From the NCBI GenBank assembly GCA_025998755.1, contig AP024674.1, positions 1,104,162-1,168,161 on the forward strand: a stretch of DNA of 64,000 nt, written 5' to 3'. Positions 1 to 10,999 of the stretch are shown here, piece by piece. The notes below the pieces were generated by a model that was given only the letters and a program-made list of their open reading frames with translations, did not search any database and was not told where the DNA came from. The translations under genes were made by a program, and so were the position numbers. The DNA is from Armatimonadota bacterium (GTDB taxonomy: Bacteria; Armatimonadota; UBA5829; DSUL01). Position 1 is the stretch's first letter, and each line of letters begins with the position of its first letter.

Positions 1-2
1 TC

Positions 3-425
3 GCGGCCAAGCGGCTGCGCTACACGATGGAGATCTTCGAGCCGCTTTACAACGGCGAGATGAAGAAGCACATCCAGGTGGTCAAAACGGTTCAGGAGAT
101 GCTGGGTGACATCCACGACGCGGACGTGTGGGCGGAGCAGCTCCCGGTGTTCATCGCAGAGGAGCGCGCGCGCACCCGCGAATACTGCGGCTCAGAGGCT
201 CCGGCCCGCCGCCTGCTGCCAGGGCTGGAGGCGCTCCGCGCAGACCGCCAGGCATTCCGCCAGCAACGCTACAAGGAGTTCCTGTCTTACTGGAAGGATC
301 TGGGCAGGGACGACGTCTGGGGAGCTCTCCGGACTCTGGTGCTGGAACGGGCGCAGGAGGCCGTGCGCCAGACCAGCCTTCCTGAAGCTGTTCTGGAGCT
401 GGCGCCGGACCCGGCCTCGGACTGA
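3..425 (+). CDS. CHAD domain protein, 3' part (gene starts before the window)
   Basis: The frame is open from the window start and reads AAKRLRYTMEIF...VQEMLGDIHDADVW, matching the CHAD motifs K-R-L-R-Y and Q-x-x-L-G-x-x-H-D. Confidence 0.85.
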   Translation, partial: AAKRLRYTMEIFEPLYNGEMKKHIQVVKTVQEMLGDIHDADVWAEQLPVFIAEERARTREYCGSEAPARRLLPGLEALRADRQAFRQQRYKEFLSYWKDLGRDDVWGALRTLVLERAQEAVRQTSLPEAVLELAPDPASD

Positions 426-433
426 TCCCCTAC

Positions 434-1585
434 CTACCAGCGGAACTCGCGCGCAGCAGTGAGAGCGGTGTCCACAGCTTCAGGAGGCGTCCCGCTGGGA
501 AGCGGGCTGCCCGTGCTCACGATGAACGGCGCGCCGGGCCCTGAGTCCTGTATCTGCTGCCAGACGGCGGCCCGGATGCTGGAGGGATCGTTCCGGGCGA
601 GAAGCTCCTCCGAGTCCAGATTCCCCATCAGGCAGCGATCAGCGCCGAACACCTGGCGGACTTTCTTGACCGTCACGGCGAAGGTCTTACGCGGCTGCTC
701 GAATGCAAAGGCGTCGTAGTCGAGTTGCGCCTCCAGGTCCAGAATCGGGATGACATCCCCCTCGTTCCACAGAATGCATTTCAGCCCGGCCTTCCGGCAG
801 GCCTCCGCAAAGGACGCCTGATACGGTAGCGCAAAACGGCGGAACATTTCGGGGGAGATGATATCGCAGGAGGCCCAGGCATCCGCGATGAGCACCGCCT
901 CGCAGCCAGCTTCCGCCAGCTCACGCATTCTGAGCTCCTCACCTGCCCGATGGCGCTCGCAGATGTAGAGGAACAGGTCCGGGTCCGTCAGCATCATCTC
1001 CATGCTGCGCTCGAAGCCGAGTGTGTAGCAGGTGGCGATATAGCTGGTGCAATAGTTGGGGAGAACCAGGGCGCGGTCTCCCAGTTCCGTGATGAGACGC
1101 CGCAGCCCGTTCAGATAAGTCTCTCCCCAGCCCGTGAACTCCGGGACGACCCGGTCCGCATCCTCCCGCGAGTGGATGCCCCTGGCGGCCTCTATCTTCT
1201 CTTCCCTGGGCTGAAGAGCTGTCAGGCCGAGGCCGGTCTTGTTGACCAGATAATCCCGTCCGGAGTTCGGGTTGCGCACCGTCCAGTTTTCGGAGTCCTC
1301 AGAGAGAAGGACGGGATCCTCGGGACCGTATCCTCCACCGGAGTACCAGATGATGTCCGGGCGATGACGCTCGTACATCGCCATATGCGCGCGGTGGTAC
1401 ATCTCCGAGGAGCCGAGCGCAAGCTGCCATGGCTCCAGCCCCACAACCTCCCAGAGATAATCGAAGCCCCAGGTCATCACCGTGGCCGGGATACGCTCTG
1501 TGCTGCGGCCCGAAAGCGCATCCAGCACCAGACGTTTTCCCGCAGTATTCTCCTCCGAAGTGCCCGAAGCTAACCCGCTGGTCAT
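434..1585 (-). CDS. Uroporphyrinogen decarboxylase (URO-D/MtaA-CmuA) family protein
   Basis: Motifs IADAWAS-DIISPEMFRRFALPY, CLMGNLD and FIVSTGSPLPSGTPPE are typical of the URO-D-like TIM barrel. Confidence 0.8.
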   Translation of the reverse strand: MTSGLASGTSEENTAGKRLVLDALSGRSTERIPATVMTWGFDYLWEVVGLEPWQLALGSSEMYHRAHMAMYERHRPDIIWYSGGGYGPEDPVLLSEDSENWTVRNPNSGRDYLVNKTGLGLTALQPREEKIEAARGIHSREDADRVVPEFTGWGETYLNGLRRLITELGDRALVLPNYCTSYIATCYTLGFERSMEMMLTDPDLFLYICERHRAGEELRMRELAEAGCEAVLIADAWASCDIISPEMFRRFALPYQASFAEACRKAGLKCILWNEGDVIPILDLEAQLDYDAFAFEQPRKTFAVTVKKVRQVFGADRCLMGNLDSEELLARNDPSSIRAAVWQQIQDSGPGAPFIVSTGSPLPSGTPPEAVDTALTAAREFRW

Positions 1586-1690
1586 ACTTTCTTCCCCTGT
1601 CCTGAGATACTGGAAAGCCTGCCTCGTCTGCGGCTCCCCGCCGGACCACCGGTATTTATACCTGAATCACGCAGAATGAGCCCAAGGCGC

Positions 1691-1732
1691 TTGAAAAAAA
1701 CGGGCGCAGGCATTATCGTGTTACCGGTTACA
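1691..1732 (+). promoter_or_regulatory. Putative sigma70 promoter followed by a LacI-like palindrome
   Basis: TTGAAA-17bp-TATCGT (1691-1719), then near-palindrome TGTTACCGGTTACA (1719-1732), upstream of the PEP-CTERM gene. Confidence 0.4.
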
Positions 1733-1772
1733 TCGGCTGGCGTACCCAGCCACTCCCCCGGAGGGTGTTATT

Positions 1773-2519
1773 ATGCGCAATACAATGATCCTCGGAGCCG
1801 CGCTCTTGCTGGTTGTGGCGGGGTCCGTATCTGCCCAGATCAGCGACGACTTCGACAGCTATGCCGACCAGGCCGCCTTCAATGCGGTATGGAGCGGAAG
1901 CGCCCCGATGTCGCTGACCAACAACAACTGGGTATCCGCCCCCAACTCCATCTATCAGGGGACCGTTGCCCAGCAGAGCTACCGCCACATCGGGATGGGC
2001 ATTCCGCTGCAGCAGCTCTATTTCGGTTTCGACTTCTACGATGAGCGGGGAACCGCTTCGCTGGCCCGGACTTACGGGATGGTTTACTCCCGCGCGGGCG
2101 ACCAGTGGACCGGAGCGCTGCAGCAGATCATCGCGGTCGGAAAGTACAATACCATCGCGACGACCAAGTATAACGCCCGCATCGCGTTCGGCAGTCTGAA
2201 CTGGTTTGTGTTGGATGCGCCTGGCGCGCCGGACCGCTCGGTTGGATGGCACAAGGCCGAAGTCATCGGCGGTGTGGACCCGAACGACCCCACCAAGGCC
2301 CAGGTCAGCATCTATATCGACGGGATCCTGGGCAAGACCGTTACAGGCCTGACGAATGTCAACTTCAACTGGGTGGTGATGGGCTCCGGTCTCACGTCCA
2401 CGCACGGCATGTATTTCGACAATGTGGTGGCCCGTCCCATTCCGGAACCAGCGAGCATGGCTCTTGCAGGTGTGGGATTGGCCGGCATCCTGGGTCTGCG
2501 GAGGCGGATGAGCTCCTGA
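1773..2519 (+). CDS. PEP-CTERM sorting domain protein (secreted, beta-sandwich-like)
   Basis: Signal peptide ending VSA-Q. The C-terminus is IPEPASMALAGVGLAGILGLRRR (PEP, TM helix, basic tail). RBS GGAGGG. Confidence 0.92.
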   Translation: MRNTMILGAALLLVVAGSVSAQISDDFDSYADQAAFNAVWSGSAPMSLTNNNWVSAPNSIYQGTVAQQSYRHIGMGIPLQQLYFGFDFYDERGTASLARTYGMVYSRAGDQWTGALQQIIAVGKYNTIATTKYNARIAFGSLNWFVLDAPGAPDRSVGWHKAEVIGGVDPNDPTKAQVSIYIDGILGKTVTGLTNVNFNWVVMGSGLTSTHGMYFDNVVARPIPEPASMALAGVGLAGILGLRRRMSS

Positions 2520-2551
2520 GCCCCGCCACCGTATTTCGAGCGTGAGAAGCG

Positions 2552-2581
2552 AAGGCCGCCCTTGGGGGTGCGGCCTTTTTC
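2552..2581 (+). terminator. Rho-independent terminator
   Basis: AAGGCCGC...GCGGCCTT stem followed by a T run, after the PEP-CTERM gene. Confidence 0.7.
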
Positions 2582-2645
2582 TCATCGGGAGATCAGGGAG
2601 CCGGATTGCCACGCGCCGCTTGCTGCCAGGTCATTCCGCTGCCCT

Positions 2646-4097
2646 TCACTGCACGGGTGGGACCTGCAGTTCCGCGCTCAGGCGCTCCATCTCCGCCATA
2701 AGAGCTTTTTGAGTGTAGGCATACCTCGGACCGCCGTAGATGTTGTGCAGTTCGTTCGGATCCCGCTGCAGATCGTACATCTCCCACTCATCAACTGTGT
2801 AGAAATGGATGAGTTTGTAGCGTCCCGTGCGGACTCCACGATGCGGGCGCACTCGGTGGGATTGCGGATACTCGTAGTAGTGGTAATACATCAAGGTCCG
2901 CCAGTCCACGGGCTGCTGTCCCCTCAGCAGGGGAATGAAGCTCCGGCCGTGCAGATCATCCGGCGGCCGCAGTCCGGCTGCATCAAGAAGCGTCGGCGCA
3001 AGATCCGTGTTCAGGACGAAGGCGCCACAACGTGTTCCGGGCTGCGCCACTCCGGGAAAACGCACGATGAGCGGGACTCGAAGCGATTGTTCATACATGA
3101 AGCGCTTGTCGTACCAGCCGTGGTCCCCCAGGAAGAACCCGTTGTCTGATGTGTAGACTACAAGCGTATTCTCCGCCAGTCCGGAGGCGTCCAGAAACTG
3201 CAGCACACGCCCGATGCTTTCGTCCACTGCAGCGATGGTGCGCAGGTAATCCTTGATGAAGCGCTGATAGTTGTAGACCTTGCGCTCGCGCCCGGAGAGA
3301 GTCGCAGGCGCGTCCCCTGCGTAGTCCGGCATATCGGCGATGCGCATGTCAGCTTGAGCAGCTGAACTGGTGCGGCTGCTGTAGTCGTCGTCGAAGGTCT
3401 CCGGCAGAGGAAGGTCCGCGCGCGCGAAGAGAGAGGTGTGCCGGGGAGCCGGCTGCCAGTTGCGGTGGGGAGCCTTGTGATGGAGCAACAGGCAGAACGG
3501 CCCATTCTTCCATTCCCGCATCTTGTGGATGGCAATGTCCGTGATGATGTCCGTGACATAACCCGCAAGCCGCTTGCGCTGGCCCATCTCGATGAGATAC
3601 GGGTTCACGTAGGCCCCCTGCCCCGGTGGGATGTTCCAGTAGTCGAAGTCCGCCGGATCCGAACGCAAGTGCCACTTGCCTACCACCGCGGTGCGATAGC
3701 CCGCCGCGCGAAGCGCACGTGGAAAGGTCCACTGTGAGGTATCGAAATCCGTGAAATTATCGCGTACCCCGTGCGTGTGGCTATACTTGCCCGTAAGGAT
3801 TGTGGCACGTGAGGGGGCGCACAGGGAGTTCGTAACGAATGCGTTCGAGAACAGCACACCCTCGCGCGCCAGGCGGTCCATAGCCGGGGTGCGGATCAAC
3901 CGTCCGCCATAGCAGCCCAGGGCGTGAGCCGCGTGGTCGTCCGCCATAATGAAGAGGATGTTCGGGCTGCGGTGGCGAGCCTGCGTGCCTCCTCCCGCCA
4001 GAGCCGCCACCCCGGCGGCCCCCATCCATTGGAGAACCATCCGGCGGCTGATACGCCCCCCTCCCGGATTGCCGTCGTGCTGCTCACTCATACCCAT
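2646..4097 (-). CDS. Tat-exported formylglycine-dependent sulfatase (S1 family)
   Basis: ISRRMVL twin-arginine signal, PNILFIMADDH, CAPSRATILTG (CxPxR), GKWHL, YTSDNG. Start placed at MGMSEQ rather than the ORF-track 4223. Confidence 0.9.
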   Translation of the reverse strand: MGMSEQHDGNPGGGRISRRMVLQWMGAAGVAALAGGGTQARHRSPNILFIMADDHAAHALGCYGGRLIRTPAMDRLAREGVLFSNAFVTNSLCAPSRATILTGKYSHTHGVRDNFTDFDTSQWTFPRALRAAGYRTAVVGKWHLRSDPADFDYWNIPPGQGAYVNPYLIEMGQRKRLAGYVTDIITDIAIHKMREWKNGPFCLLLHHKAPHRNWQPAPRHTSLFARADLPLPETFDDDYSSRTSSAAQADMRIADMPDYAGDAPATLSGRERKVYNYQRFIKDYLRTIAAVDESIGRVLQFLDASGLAENTLVVYTSDNGFFLGDHGWYDKRFMYEQSLRVPLIVRFPGVAQPGTRCGAFVLNTDLAPTLLDAAGLRPPDDLHGRSFIPLLRGQQPVDWRTLMYYHYYEYPQSHRVRPHRGVRTGRYKLIHFYTVDEWEMYDLQRDPNELHNIYGGPRYAYTQKALMAEMERLSAELQVPPVQ

Positions 4098-4295
4098 GCG
4101 TTTAGCCGCAGAAGCGCCGAAGCCCTCCCGGCGCGGGCATTGAAGGAATCTGCGACGCTTTTCACGAAGTGTGTCATCAGCGGCGAGCCTGCAGGAGTAC
4201 CAACAGCCTATTGCAGGAGCCATCCGCCCGGCGCGAACATAAAGAGCTGGGCCCGGCCGGCCAGCCTATACAGATTGCTGAGGAGTAACGAAACC

Positions 4296-4820
4296 ATGCA
4301 GATACCCGATGATCCAAGACAGGTGCTGGAGATGGCCCTGAACAACGAGAAGCAGGGCTACAAGATCCTCACTGATGCCAGCGCGGCGTGCGACGATAAG
4401 CTCGCCAAGGCCACCTTCGAGTTCCTCGCCCGCGAGGAGCTGAAGCATATGGACATCATCAAGAAGTATGCCGAGACCGGGATCGCTGAAGCGCCTTCGA
4501 GCGCGGCGATCATTACGAAGGCGGATATAGCCAAAGGGGTCAAGGGGATATTCGAGCAGTTCGGCTGGCAGTACGAGCAGGCCGCGCACCAGGACGAAGC
4601 GCGAGAGGAGGCCTACCGCACGGCCATGGAGATGGAGCGGCACGGCCACCATTTCTATGCGCAGGCCGCCCAGAAGGCACGAGACCCGGAAGCGCGCAAG
4701 TTCTATGAGTTCCTGGCGCAGGAAGAGATCCGCCATTTCGAGATTATTCAGGACTCGCTGGATTTCCTGACCCAACCGGACGCGATGCTGGCGATGGAAG
4801 AGCGCTGGATGCAGGTCTAA
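4296..4820 (+). CDS. Ferritin-like / rubrerythrin family protein
   Basis: Two repeats of E-x-x-G-x-x-(I/F)...FLA-x-EE-x-x-H diiron motifs. RBS GAGGAG precedes ATG 4296. Confidence 0.85.
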   Translation: MQIPDDPRQVLEMALNNEKQGYKILTDASAACDDKLAKATFEFLAREELKHMDIIKKYAETGIAEAPSSAAIITKADIAKGVKGIFEQFGWQYEQAAHQDEAREEAYRTAMEMERHGHHFYAQAAQKARDPEARKFYEFLAQEEIRHFEIIQDSLDFLTQPDAMLAMEERWMQV

Positions 4821-4954
4821 AAAGAAGCCGGCCAGCATCTGTATCGCAGAGAAGCCAGAGGATTTGGCGCCCGCCCGAGCGCGGGGTGTGACGGGCGAGC
4901 CCTTCAAAACCAAACCAGAGCCGCCGTCCGTGGGCGGCGATGAGGTCGTGACAG

Positions 4955-6292
4955 TTGAAGACTCTTCCGGATCTGGAATCCAGCCGAGCGCTGATCAGCC
5001 CGGCTGAGGCGATGCCGCCTGACAGACTGCGGACCCTGCAGGATGAGCGGCTACGCGCGGTCGTTCGCCGCGCCTACGAGACCGTGGAGGTCTACCGCCG
5101 TAAGTGGGACGAAGCAGGGGTCTCCCCTGAGGACATTCATGGCGTCGAGGATCTTCCCCGCCTGCCATTCATCACCAAAGACGACTTCCGGGAGGCTTAT
5201 CCCTTCGGAATGTTCAGCGCGCCGCTCTCGGAGATCGTGGAGATCCACGCATCCTCCGGGACCACCGGCAAGCCGACCGTGGTGGGCTATACCCGGGCAG
5301 ACATCGAGATCTGGGGCGAAGTGATGGGCCGCACGCTGGCGGCCGGTGGCGTGACTTCCAACGACATCGTCCAGAACTCCTACGGTTACGGACTCTTCAC
5401 GGGAGGACTGGGAGCGCACTACGGAGCCGCGCGCATCGGAGCCGCTGTGGTGCCCACCAGCGCGGGGAACACCAAGCGCCAGCTCCAGGTGATGGAGGAC
5501 TTCGGGACCACCGCCCTCTGCTGCACCCCGTCCTACGCCATCGTGCTGGGCGAGACGGGGCGCGAGATGGGCATCAACTTTGAGGCGCTGCCCCTGCGGG
5601 TGGGATTCCACGGAGCGGAACCCTGGTCCGAGAGCATGCGCCAGGAGATCGAGAAGTCTCTGTGCATCCGGGCACTGGACATCTACGGTCTATCGGAGGT
5701 CATTGGACCGGGCGTGGCCTACGAATGCCTGGCGCAGAACGGGCTGCACATCGCGGAGGATCACTTCTTCCCGGAGATCATCAATCCCACAACTCTCGAA
5801 CACGTCCCTGAGGGAGCCCACGGCGAGCTGGTCTTCACCACGCTGACCAAGACGGGGCTACCGCTCATCCGTTACCGCACGCGAGACATCACACACTTCA
5901 TCCCCGGGGAGTGCGAGTGCGGCAGGACGCTGCGGCGGATGGCGAAGGTCTCGGGACGCACGGACGACATGCTCATCATCCGCGGGGTGAACGTCTTCCC
6001 TTCCCAGATCGAGCAGGTGCTGGGCGCCGTGGAGGGCACGGAGCCGCACTACCAGCTGGTCATTGACCGCCAGCCCGGCCGGCTGGACGAAGTGGAACTC
6101 TGGGTGGAAGTGTCCGAGGACGTCATCTCCGATGAGGTCCGCCGGATGGAAGCCCTGGAGATGAAGATTCTGAAAGAGCTTGAGAGCATGCTTGGCCTGT
6201 CCATCAAGGTGCGGCTGGTGGAACCCAAGTCCATCGCGCGCAGCGAGGGGAAGGCCAAGCGGATTGTGGACAGGAGGGACCTTGGAATATGA
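4955..6292 (+). CDS. paaK: Phenylacetate-CoA ligase
   Basis: [53 protein letters not shown] and GKAKRIVD. Confidence 0.93.
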   Translation: MKTLPDLESSRALISPAEAMPPDRLRTLQDERLRAVVRRAYETVEVYRRKWDEAGVSPEDIHGVEDLPRLPFITKDDFREAYPFGMFSAPLSEIVEIHASSGTTGKPTVVGYTRADIEIWGEVMGRTLAAGGVTSNDIVQNSYGYGLFTGGLGAHYGAARIGAAVVPTSAGNTKRQLQVMEDFGTTALCCTPSYAIVLGETGREMGINFEALPLRVGFHGAEPWSESMRQEIEKSLCIRALDIYGLSEVIGPGVAYECLAQNGLHIAEDHFFPEIINPTTLEHVPEGAHGELVFTTLTKTGLPLIRYRTRDITHFIPGECECGRTLRRMAKVSGRTDDMLIIRGVNVFPSQIEQVLGAVEGTEPHYQLVIDRQPGRLDEVELWVEVSEDVISDEVRRMEALEMKILKELESMLGLSIKVRLVEPKSIARSEGKAKRIVDRRDLGI

Positions 6293-6720
6293 AGGTCAGC
6301 CAGATCACCGTTTTTCTGGAGAACAAGAAGGGTCGCCTGGCCGAAGTGACGGAGGCGCTGGCGCGCAGGGGTGTGAACATCCGCGCCGCCTCCATTGCCG
6401 ACACCATCGATTACGGTCTGTTGCGCCTGATCGTCAGCGATCCCGTACAGGCGCGGCAGGCGCTGGCGGAGGCGGGCTTCAGCGCCAGCGAGACCGAAGT
6501 GCTGGCGGTGGAGGTGGAGGACCGTCCGGGAGGACTGGCTTCCATCATCCGCTGCCTGGCGGACGCAGGGATCAACATCGAATACCTCTACGCCTTCGTG
6601 GGCAAGAGTGGAGAGAAAGCCATCGTGGTGCTGCGGTCAGAGGATACGGAGCGGGCACGCGAGGTGCTTCAAAAGAACAACGTGACGCTGTTGTCCGGCG
6701 AACAGGTGCACCGATTGTAG
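6289..6720 (+). CDS. Tandem ACT domain protein (PaaK-associated)
   Basis: [13 protein letters not shown]...INIEYLYAF, the two-ACT protein commonly found next to paaK. Confidence 0.88.
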   Translation: MKVSQITVFLENKKGRLAEVTEALARRGVNIRAASIADTIDYGLLRLIVSDPVQARQALAEAGFSASETEVLAVEVEDRPGGLASIIRCLADAGINIEYLYAFVGKSGEKAIVVLRSEDTERAREVLQKNNVTLLSGEQVHRL

Positions 6721-6721
6721 G

Positions 6722-8059
6722 ATGACCACACTGAATCGCCGGCTTCCCCCTTTGAAGCACCGCCTCTGGGATCCGAAGGCGGAGACGATGTCCCGTGAGG
6801 ATCTGGAGAAGCTCCAACTCGAAAGGCTTCAGGCCACGGTCCGACGGGTCTACGAACGGGTCCCGTTTTACCGCGAGAAGCTTGACGCTGCGGGCGTGAA
6901 GCCCGAGGACATCCGGAGGCTGGATGATGTCCAGAAGCTGCCCTTCACCTGCAAGGATGACTTGCGGGCCGCCTATCCGTATGGGCTTTTCGCCGCGCCC
7001 CTGAAGGATATCGTCCGCATCCACGCCTCCTCCGGGACCACAGGCCTTTCCACCGTGGTGGGTTACACCCGCAGAGACCTGCGCATCTGGTCCGACCTTG
7101 TGGCTCGACTGCTGACGGCCGGAGGCGTGACTCGCCACGATGTCGTCCATATCTCCTTCGGTTATGGCTTGTTCACCGGAGGATTCGGACTGCACCAGGG
7201 ATCGGAGCGCATCGGAGCAAGCGTCATTCCCGTCTCCAGCGGAAACACGGAGCGACAGGTCCGTCTGATGAAAGATTTCGGGGCGACGGCCCTAGTGGGG
7301 ACTCCCAGCTACGCCCTGCACATCGCGGAGACGATGTATGAGATGGGGGTGAGCCCGGATGAGCTCAGCCTGCGCGTCGGCCTCTTCGGAGCAGAACCCT
7401 CGTCTGAGACGCTCCGCCGGGAGATCGAGGCCAAGTTGCAGATCCTTGCGACGGACAACTACGGGCTCTCGGAGGTGATGGGGCCGGGTGTTTCGGGCGA
7501 ATGCCTGAACAAAAGCGGTCTGCACATAAACGAGGACCATTTCCTGGCGGAGATCATCAACCCGGAGACGGGCGAGGCCCTTCCGGAAGGCTACACCGGG
7601 GAGCTGGTTCTCACCACACTGACCAAGGAAGGGATACCGTTGCTGCGGTATCGCACGCGCGACCTGACGCGTCTGGACTCCTCGCCCTGCTCGTGCGGGC
7701 GCACGTTCCGGCGGATGGCGCGCGTGCAGGGCCGGACGGATGACATGATGATCATCCGAGGAGTGAACGTCTTCCCCTCCCAGATCGAAAACGTCCTGTT
7801 GGAGATCGAAGGGGTTGAGCCGCACTATGAGCTGGTTCTGGACCGCGTTGGAGCACTGGACACCCTGGAGATCCGGGTGGAGGTAACACCGGAGATCTTC
7901 GAAGGCCGAATGGCCGGACTGGTGGAGCTGGAAAAGAGAATCCGTCACAAAGTACAGTCGGAATGTGGAATCACTCCGACGGTATCGCTCGTGGAGCCGA
8001 AGTCCATCCAGCGAAGCCAGGGGAAAGCGAAACGAGTAATCGACAAGAGAGTGTTCTGA
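6722..8059 (+). CDS. paaK: Phenylacetate-CoA ligase, second paralog
   Basis: Same motif set ([46 protein letters not shown]). Confidence 0.93.
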   Translation: MTTLNRRLPPLKHRLWDPKAETMSREDLEKLQLERLQATVRRVYERVPFYREKLDAAGVKPEDIRRLDDVQKLPFTCKDDLRAAYPYGLFAAPLKDIVRIHASSGTTGLSTVVGYTRRDLRIWSDLVARLLTAGGVTRHDVVHISFGYGLFTGGFGLHQGSERIGASVIPVSSGNTERQVRLMKDFGATALVGTPSYALHIAETMYEMGVSPDELSLRVGLFGAEPSSETLRREIEAKLQILATDNYGLSEVMGPGVSGECLNKSGLHINEDHFLAEIINPETGEALPEGYTGELVLTTLTKEGIPLLRYRTRDLTRLDSSPCSCGRTFRRMARVQGRTDDMMIIRGVNVFPSQIENVLLEIEGVEPHYELVLDRVGALDTLEIRVEVTPEIFEGRMAGLVELEKRIRHKVQSECGITPTVSLVEPKSIQRSQGKAKRVIDKRVF

Positions 8060-8097
8060 CCGGTGCCTGAGCCAGTGCCGAACGGAGGGAAACATCA

Positions 8098-9216
8098 ATG
8101 GTGCGATTGCTGAAACGAGTGGCAGCGGGGGCGCTGCTGGGCTTGTTTCTGTTGCCGGGGGCGGCGCGCAGCGCAGAGGTCGTGTGGCACGGCTACGCGC
8201 AGCATCGTTTCTACTCGCCGCAGGGTGGCGCGGCGCGTTTCCGCGTGGACAGGGTTTCGCTGTCGGCGACCGCTCAGATAGACCCCAATACCACGGCCTA
8301 TGTGGAATGGTATTTCCACAACTACGTGGCTGCCGTTTCGGCGGCGGAGCCGTATCGCACCTATCTGGAGAGCGCTTACGCGGACTTCAAGCTGCCGGTC
8401 GGAACGCTGCGAGTGGGCAAGGGACGCCGGATGGCCTTCGCGATCACACCGTCCTATCCGGCGCGCAAGCTTTCGAACTACGGGATCTTTTCCGAGGCGT
8501 TCACTCAAGACAGGGCTCAGGGCATTCAGTATTTCGTAAACGCTCCGGACAAAGGCTATGAAGCGGGGATCGCCCTTCTCACCGGGATGCGCATCGGGAA
8601 CCGGGGCATCGGCGACGTGACTCTGGACGGCACCAACACCGTCAAGAGCCTGGCCGACCGCGACGTGCCGCATGACATCAACGAAAGCTTGCAGGTAGAC
8701 GCGAAACTCGGCCTTTTGAACAAATCCGGTGCGCGCGTGGGCATCACCGGCAGCCTTGGACATCTGGACCGGTCCGATCTGGACTTCCTGAATGGGACCG
8801 AGACAGTGGGCAGCACGACTGTGGCCCGATTTGCCGGGCCGCACACGTCCCGGACGCACAACCGGTACGGCGCGTACTTCACCTACCCCTGGAAGGACTA
8901 CATCGCGCAGGGGATGTATATCCAGGCGAAGACCAGCGACATCAAGCACGCCGGATTCGAGCTGCTGGCCGGCTACAGCCCCAAGGGGATGAAACCCAAG
9001 GCTTATGTGCGCTACGCTGGGGTGGACATAGACATCCCCGTTACCGCCAGCCAGTATACCTGGGACAAACGGCAACTGGGCCTTTCTGTGGTCAAACCAC
9101 TGAAGCCGACCGTGTGGCTGCAGTTCGAGTATGAACGCAACATGGAATCGCAACCGGCCGGGACGCCGAAGGTCAAGAACGACCTGGCATTTGTGGAGAT
9201 CTTCACCGGATTCTGA
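8098..9216 (+). CDS. Putative outer-membrane beta-barrel (porin-like)
   Basis: Signal peptide, alternating amphipathic beta-strands rich in Y/F/W, and C-terminal Phe (AFVEIFTGF). Confidence 0.65.
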   Translation: MVRLLKRVAAGALLGLFLLPGAARSAEVVWHGYAQHRFYSPQGGAARFRVDRVSLSATAQIDPNTTAYVEWYFHNYVAAVSAAEPYRTYLESAYADFKLPVGTLRVGKGRRMAFAITPSYPARKLSNYGIFSEAFTQDRAQGIQYFVNAPDKGYEAGIALLTGMRIGNRGIGDVTLDGTNTVKSLADRDVPHDINESLQVDAKLGLLNKSGARVGITGSLGHLDRSDLDFLNGTETVGSTTVARFAGPHTSRTHNRYGAYFTYPWKDYIAQGMYIQAKTSDIKHAGFELLAGYSPKGMKPKAYVRYAGVDIDIPVTASQYTWDKRQLGLSVVKPLKPTVWLQFEYERNMESQPAGTPKVKNDLAFVEIFTGF

Positions 9217-9237
9217 GGGGCCGGCAAGTCTTGACAA

Positions 9238-9271
9238 GCAGGCCCTCCCCTTGACGGGGAGGGCCTGTTTT
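9238..9271. terminator. Terminator hairpin between convergent operons
   Basis: GCAGGCCCTCCCC-TTGAC-GGGGAGGGCCTGT followed by TTT. Confidence 0.8.
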
Positions 9272-9304
9272 CCATATGCAGTCCGGCACCCGGTTTCCCA
9301 GACA

Positions 9305-10903
9305 CTACTGGCCGAATGAGGCTTGAACCTCCTCCGGCTTCATCGGCGGTGTCACGAGCGACACCAGCCAGGTGACCAGCGCGGAAACAGGAAGCGCCAC
9401 GATCAGTGAATCTACAACAGTCCACTTCGTCCCGGCGGCGATGCTCGGTTTGCCAAACAGCATCTGGGAGATGCCAAGAGCTGCGGACTCGCGTTCGTGC
9501 ACAAACAGCACCCACAGCGCCCAGACCACCAGACCAGCCACCATCCCCGCCGTCACGCCGGCCCGCGTGGCCCGCTTCCAGAACAGAGCGGCTACATAGG
9601 CCGGAAGGAAGACCGCCGCGCACATCCCGAAAAAGAGTGCCGTCGCGACGGCGATGATCCCCGGCTGCAACCGATACGCCAAAGTGATGGTGAGAACGAA
9701 ACCAAAGAAGACCCCCAGCTTGGCGATGGGCAAGGTTCGCTCCTGATGGCGCCCGCGCGCCAGCGCCTGCTGATACAGATCGCGGCCGATGGACGTGCCG
9801 ATCGCGTGGAACTGGCCGCTGAGGGTGGACATGGCCGCCGCCAGGAGCGCAAGCATGAAGAGGTAGCCGAACCACTCCGGCATTGCGTGCTGGATGTAGG
9901 TGGGAATGATCTTGTCCACGTTGGGCTTGCCTGAAGGGTCCAGCACCATGGCGAGGGCCAGCTTGCCCTCGTGCTTCATGAAATACAGGTTGCTGAGCGC
10001 CCCGACCACGTAAGCCACACCGGGGATGCACAGGATGAACAGGGATCCCGGAATAAGCGCCCGGTAAAGCTCGCGGCCACTTCGCACCGTCATGAAGCGC
10101 ACCGCCAGCTGAGGCTGGGCCAGCACCCCGATGCCAACCCCCATAATGATGGTGGTCACCACGGTGAACCAGAGCGGCGACCCGAACTCGGGCATTGCAG
10201 TCCATCCCCGGTGGCCCATCTCCGCAAGCTTGGCTGGCACCAGCGGAGCAAGCTCCGTTAGGGCTCGGTGACTGGCAAAGCCGCCCAGGTGCGCGTAGGT
10301 GGCGAAGAGCAGGATGACCATCGCCGCGAACATGATGCCGCCCTGGAAGGCATCGGTATACATGACCCCCTTCAGCCCACCGAAGAACACGTAGGAGACC
10401 ACTACGGCGGAGAATACGAACAGCGCCAGATTGAAGTCCAGATGCAGCTGGACTTCCAGGAACCGCGCTCCGCCGATCATCACACCCGCCGCATACAGGG
10501 GCATCAGCAGAGCGATGACCGCTCCTGAGAATCCCTGAATGAAGCGAGACCGGAATCGCCGCCCGAGCAGTTCCGGGAATGTGTGCGCGTCCAGCCGGGC
10601 CCCCATCCGTCGCGTGGCCCTGCCGAAGACCACGAAGGCCACGAAGATGCCGAAAAAGATGTTCAGCATCACCAGCCACAGCAGGCTCAAGCCATACATC
10701 GCCGCGACGCCGCCGAATCCCACTATGGCGGCGGTGCTGATGAACGTGCTGCCGTAGGCCAAGGCCATCAGCATGGGATGCACCTGGCGGCCTCCCACCA
10801 GGTAATCCGCTGCGCTGCGGGTCCGCCGGTATCCCAGCCACCCGAGGTAGGCGACGACCAGCACATACGCCGCCACCACAATGGACAGAACGTAGAAGTT
10901 CAA
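9305..10903 (-). CDS. Sodium:solute symporter (SSS) family protein
   Basis: Multiple TM helices; DYLVGGR, STFISTAAIVGFGG, GGLKGVMYTDAFQ, LLAAAMSTLS. Likely TTG start at 10903 behind AGGAGAGG. Confidence 0.92.
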   Translation of the reverse strand: MNFYVLSIVVAAYVLVVAYLGWLGYRRTRSAADYLVGGRQVHPMLMALAYGSTFISTAAIVGFGGVAAMYGLSLLWLVMLNIFFGIFVAFVVFGRATRRMGARLDAHTFPELLGRRFRSRFIQGFSGAVIALLMPLYAAGVMIGGARFLEVQLHLDFNLALFVFSAVVVSYVFFGGLKGVMYTDAFQGGIMFAAMVILLFATYAHLGGFASHRALTELAPLVPAKLAEMGHRGWTAMPEFGSPLWFTVVTTIIMGVGIGVLAQPQLAVRFMTVRSGRELYRALIPGSLFILCIPGVAYVVGALSNLYFMKHEGKLALAMVLDPSGKPNVDKIIPTYIQHAMPEWFGYLFMLALLAAAMSTLSGQFHAIGTSIGRDLYQQALARGRHQERTLPIAKLGVFFGFVLTITLAYRLQPGIIAVATALFFGMCAAVFLPAYVAALFWKRATRAGVTAGMVAGLVVWALWVLFVHERESAALGISQMLFGKPSIAAGTKWTVVDSLIVALPVSALVTWLVSLVTPPMKPEEVQASFGQ

Positions 10904-10999
10904 TCCCCTCTCCTTCCCGCGCAAGCATTCGGCGCTCCCCCAGTTGACAAGAGAGCGCCGGCAGTTTTCCTAGCAGGTTATCCCGGGAGTGTCCTGGAA

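Noticed and set aside
10904-10999. Small symporter accessory protein upstream of the SSS gene
   Set aside because: No hydrophobic short ORF; only a CGGCGCTC hairpin is present.
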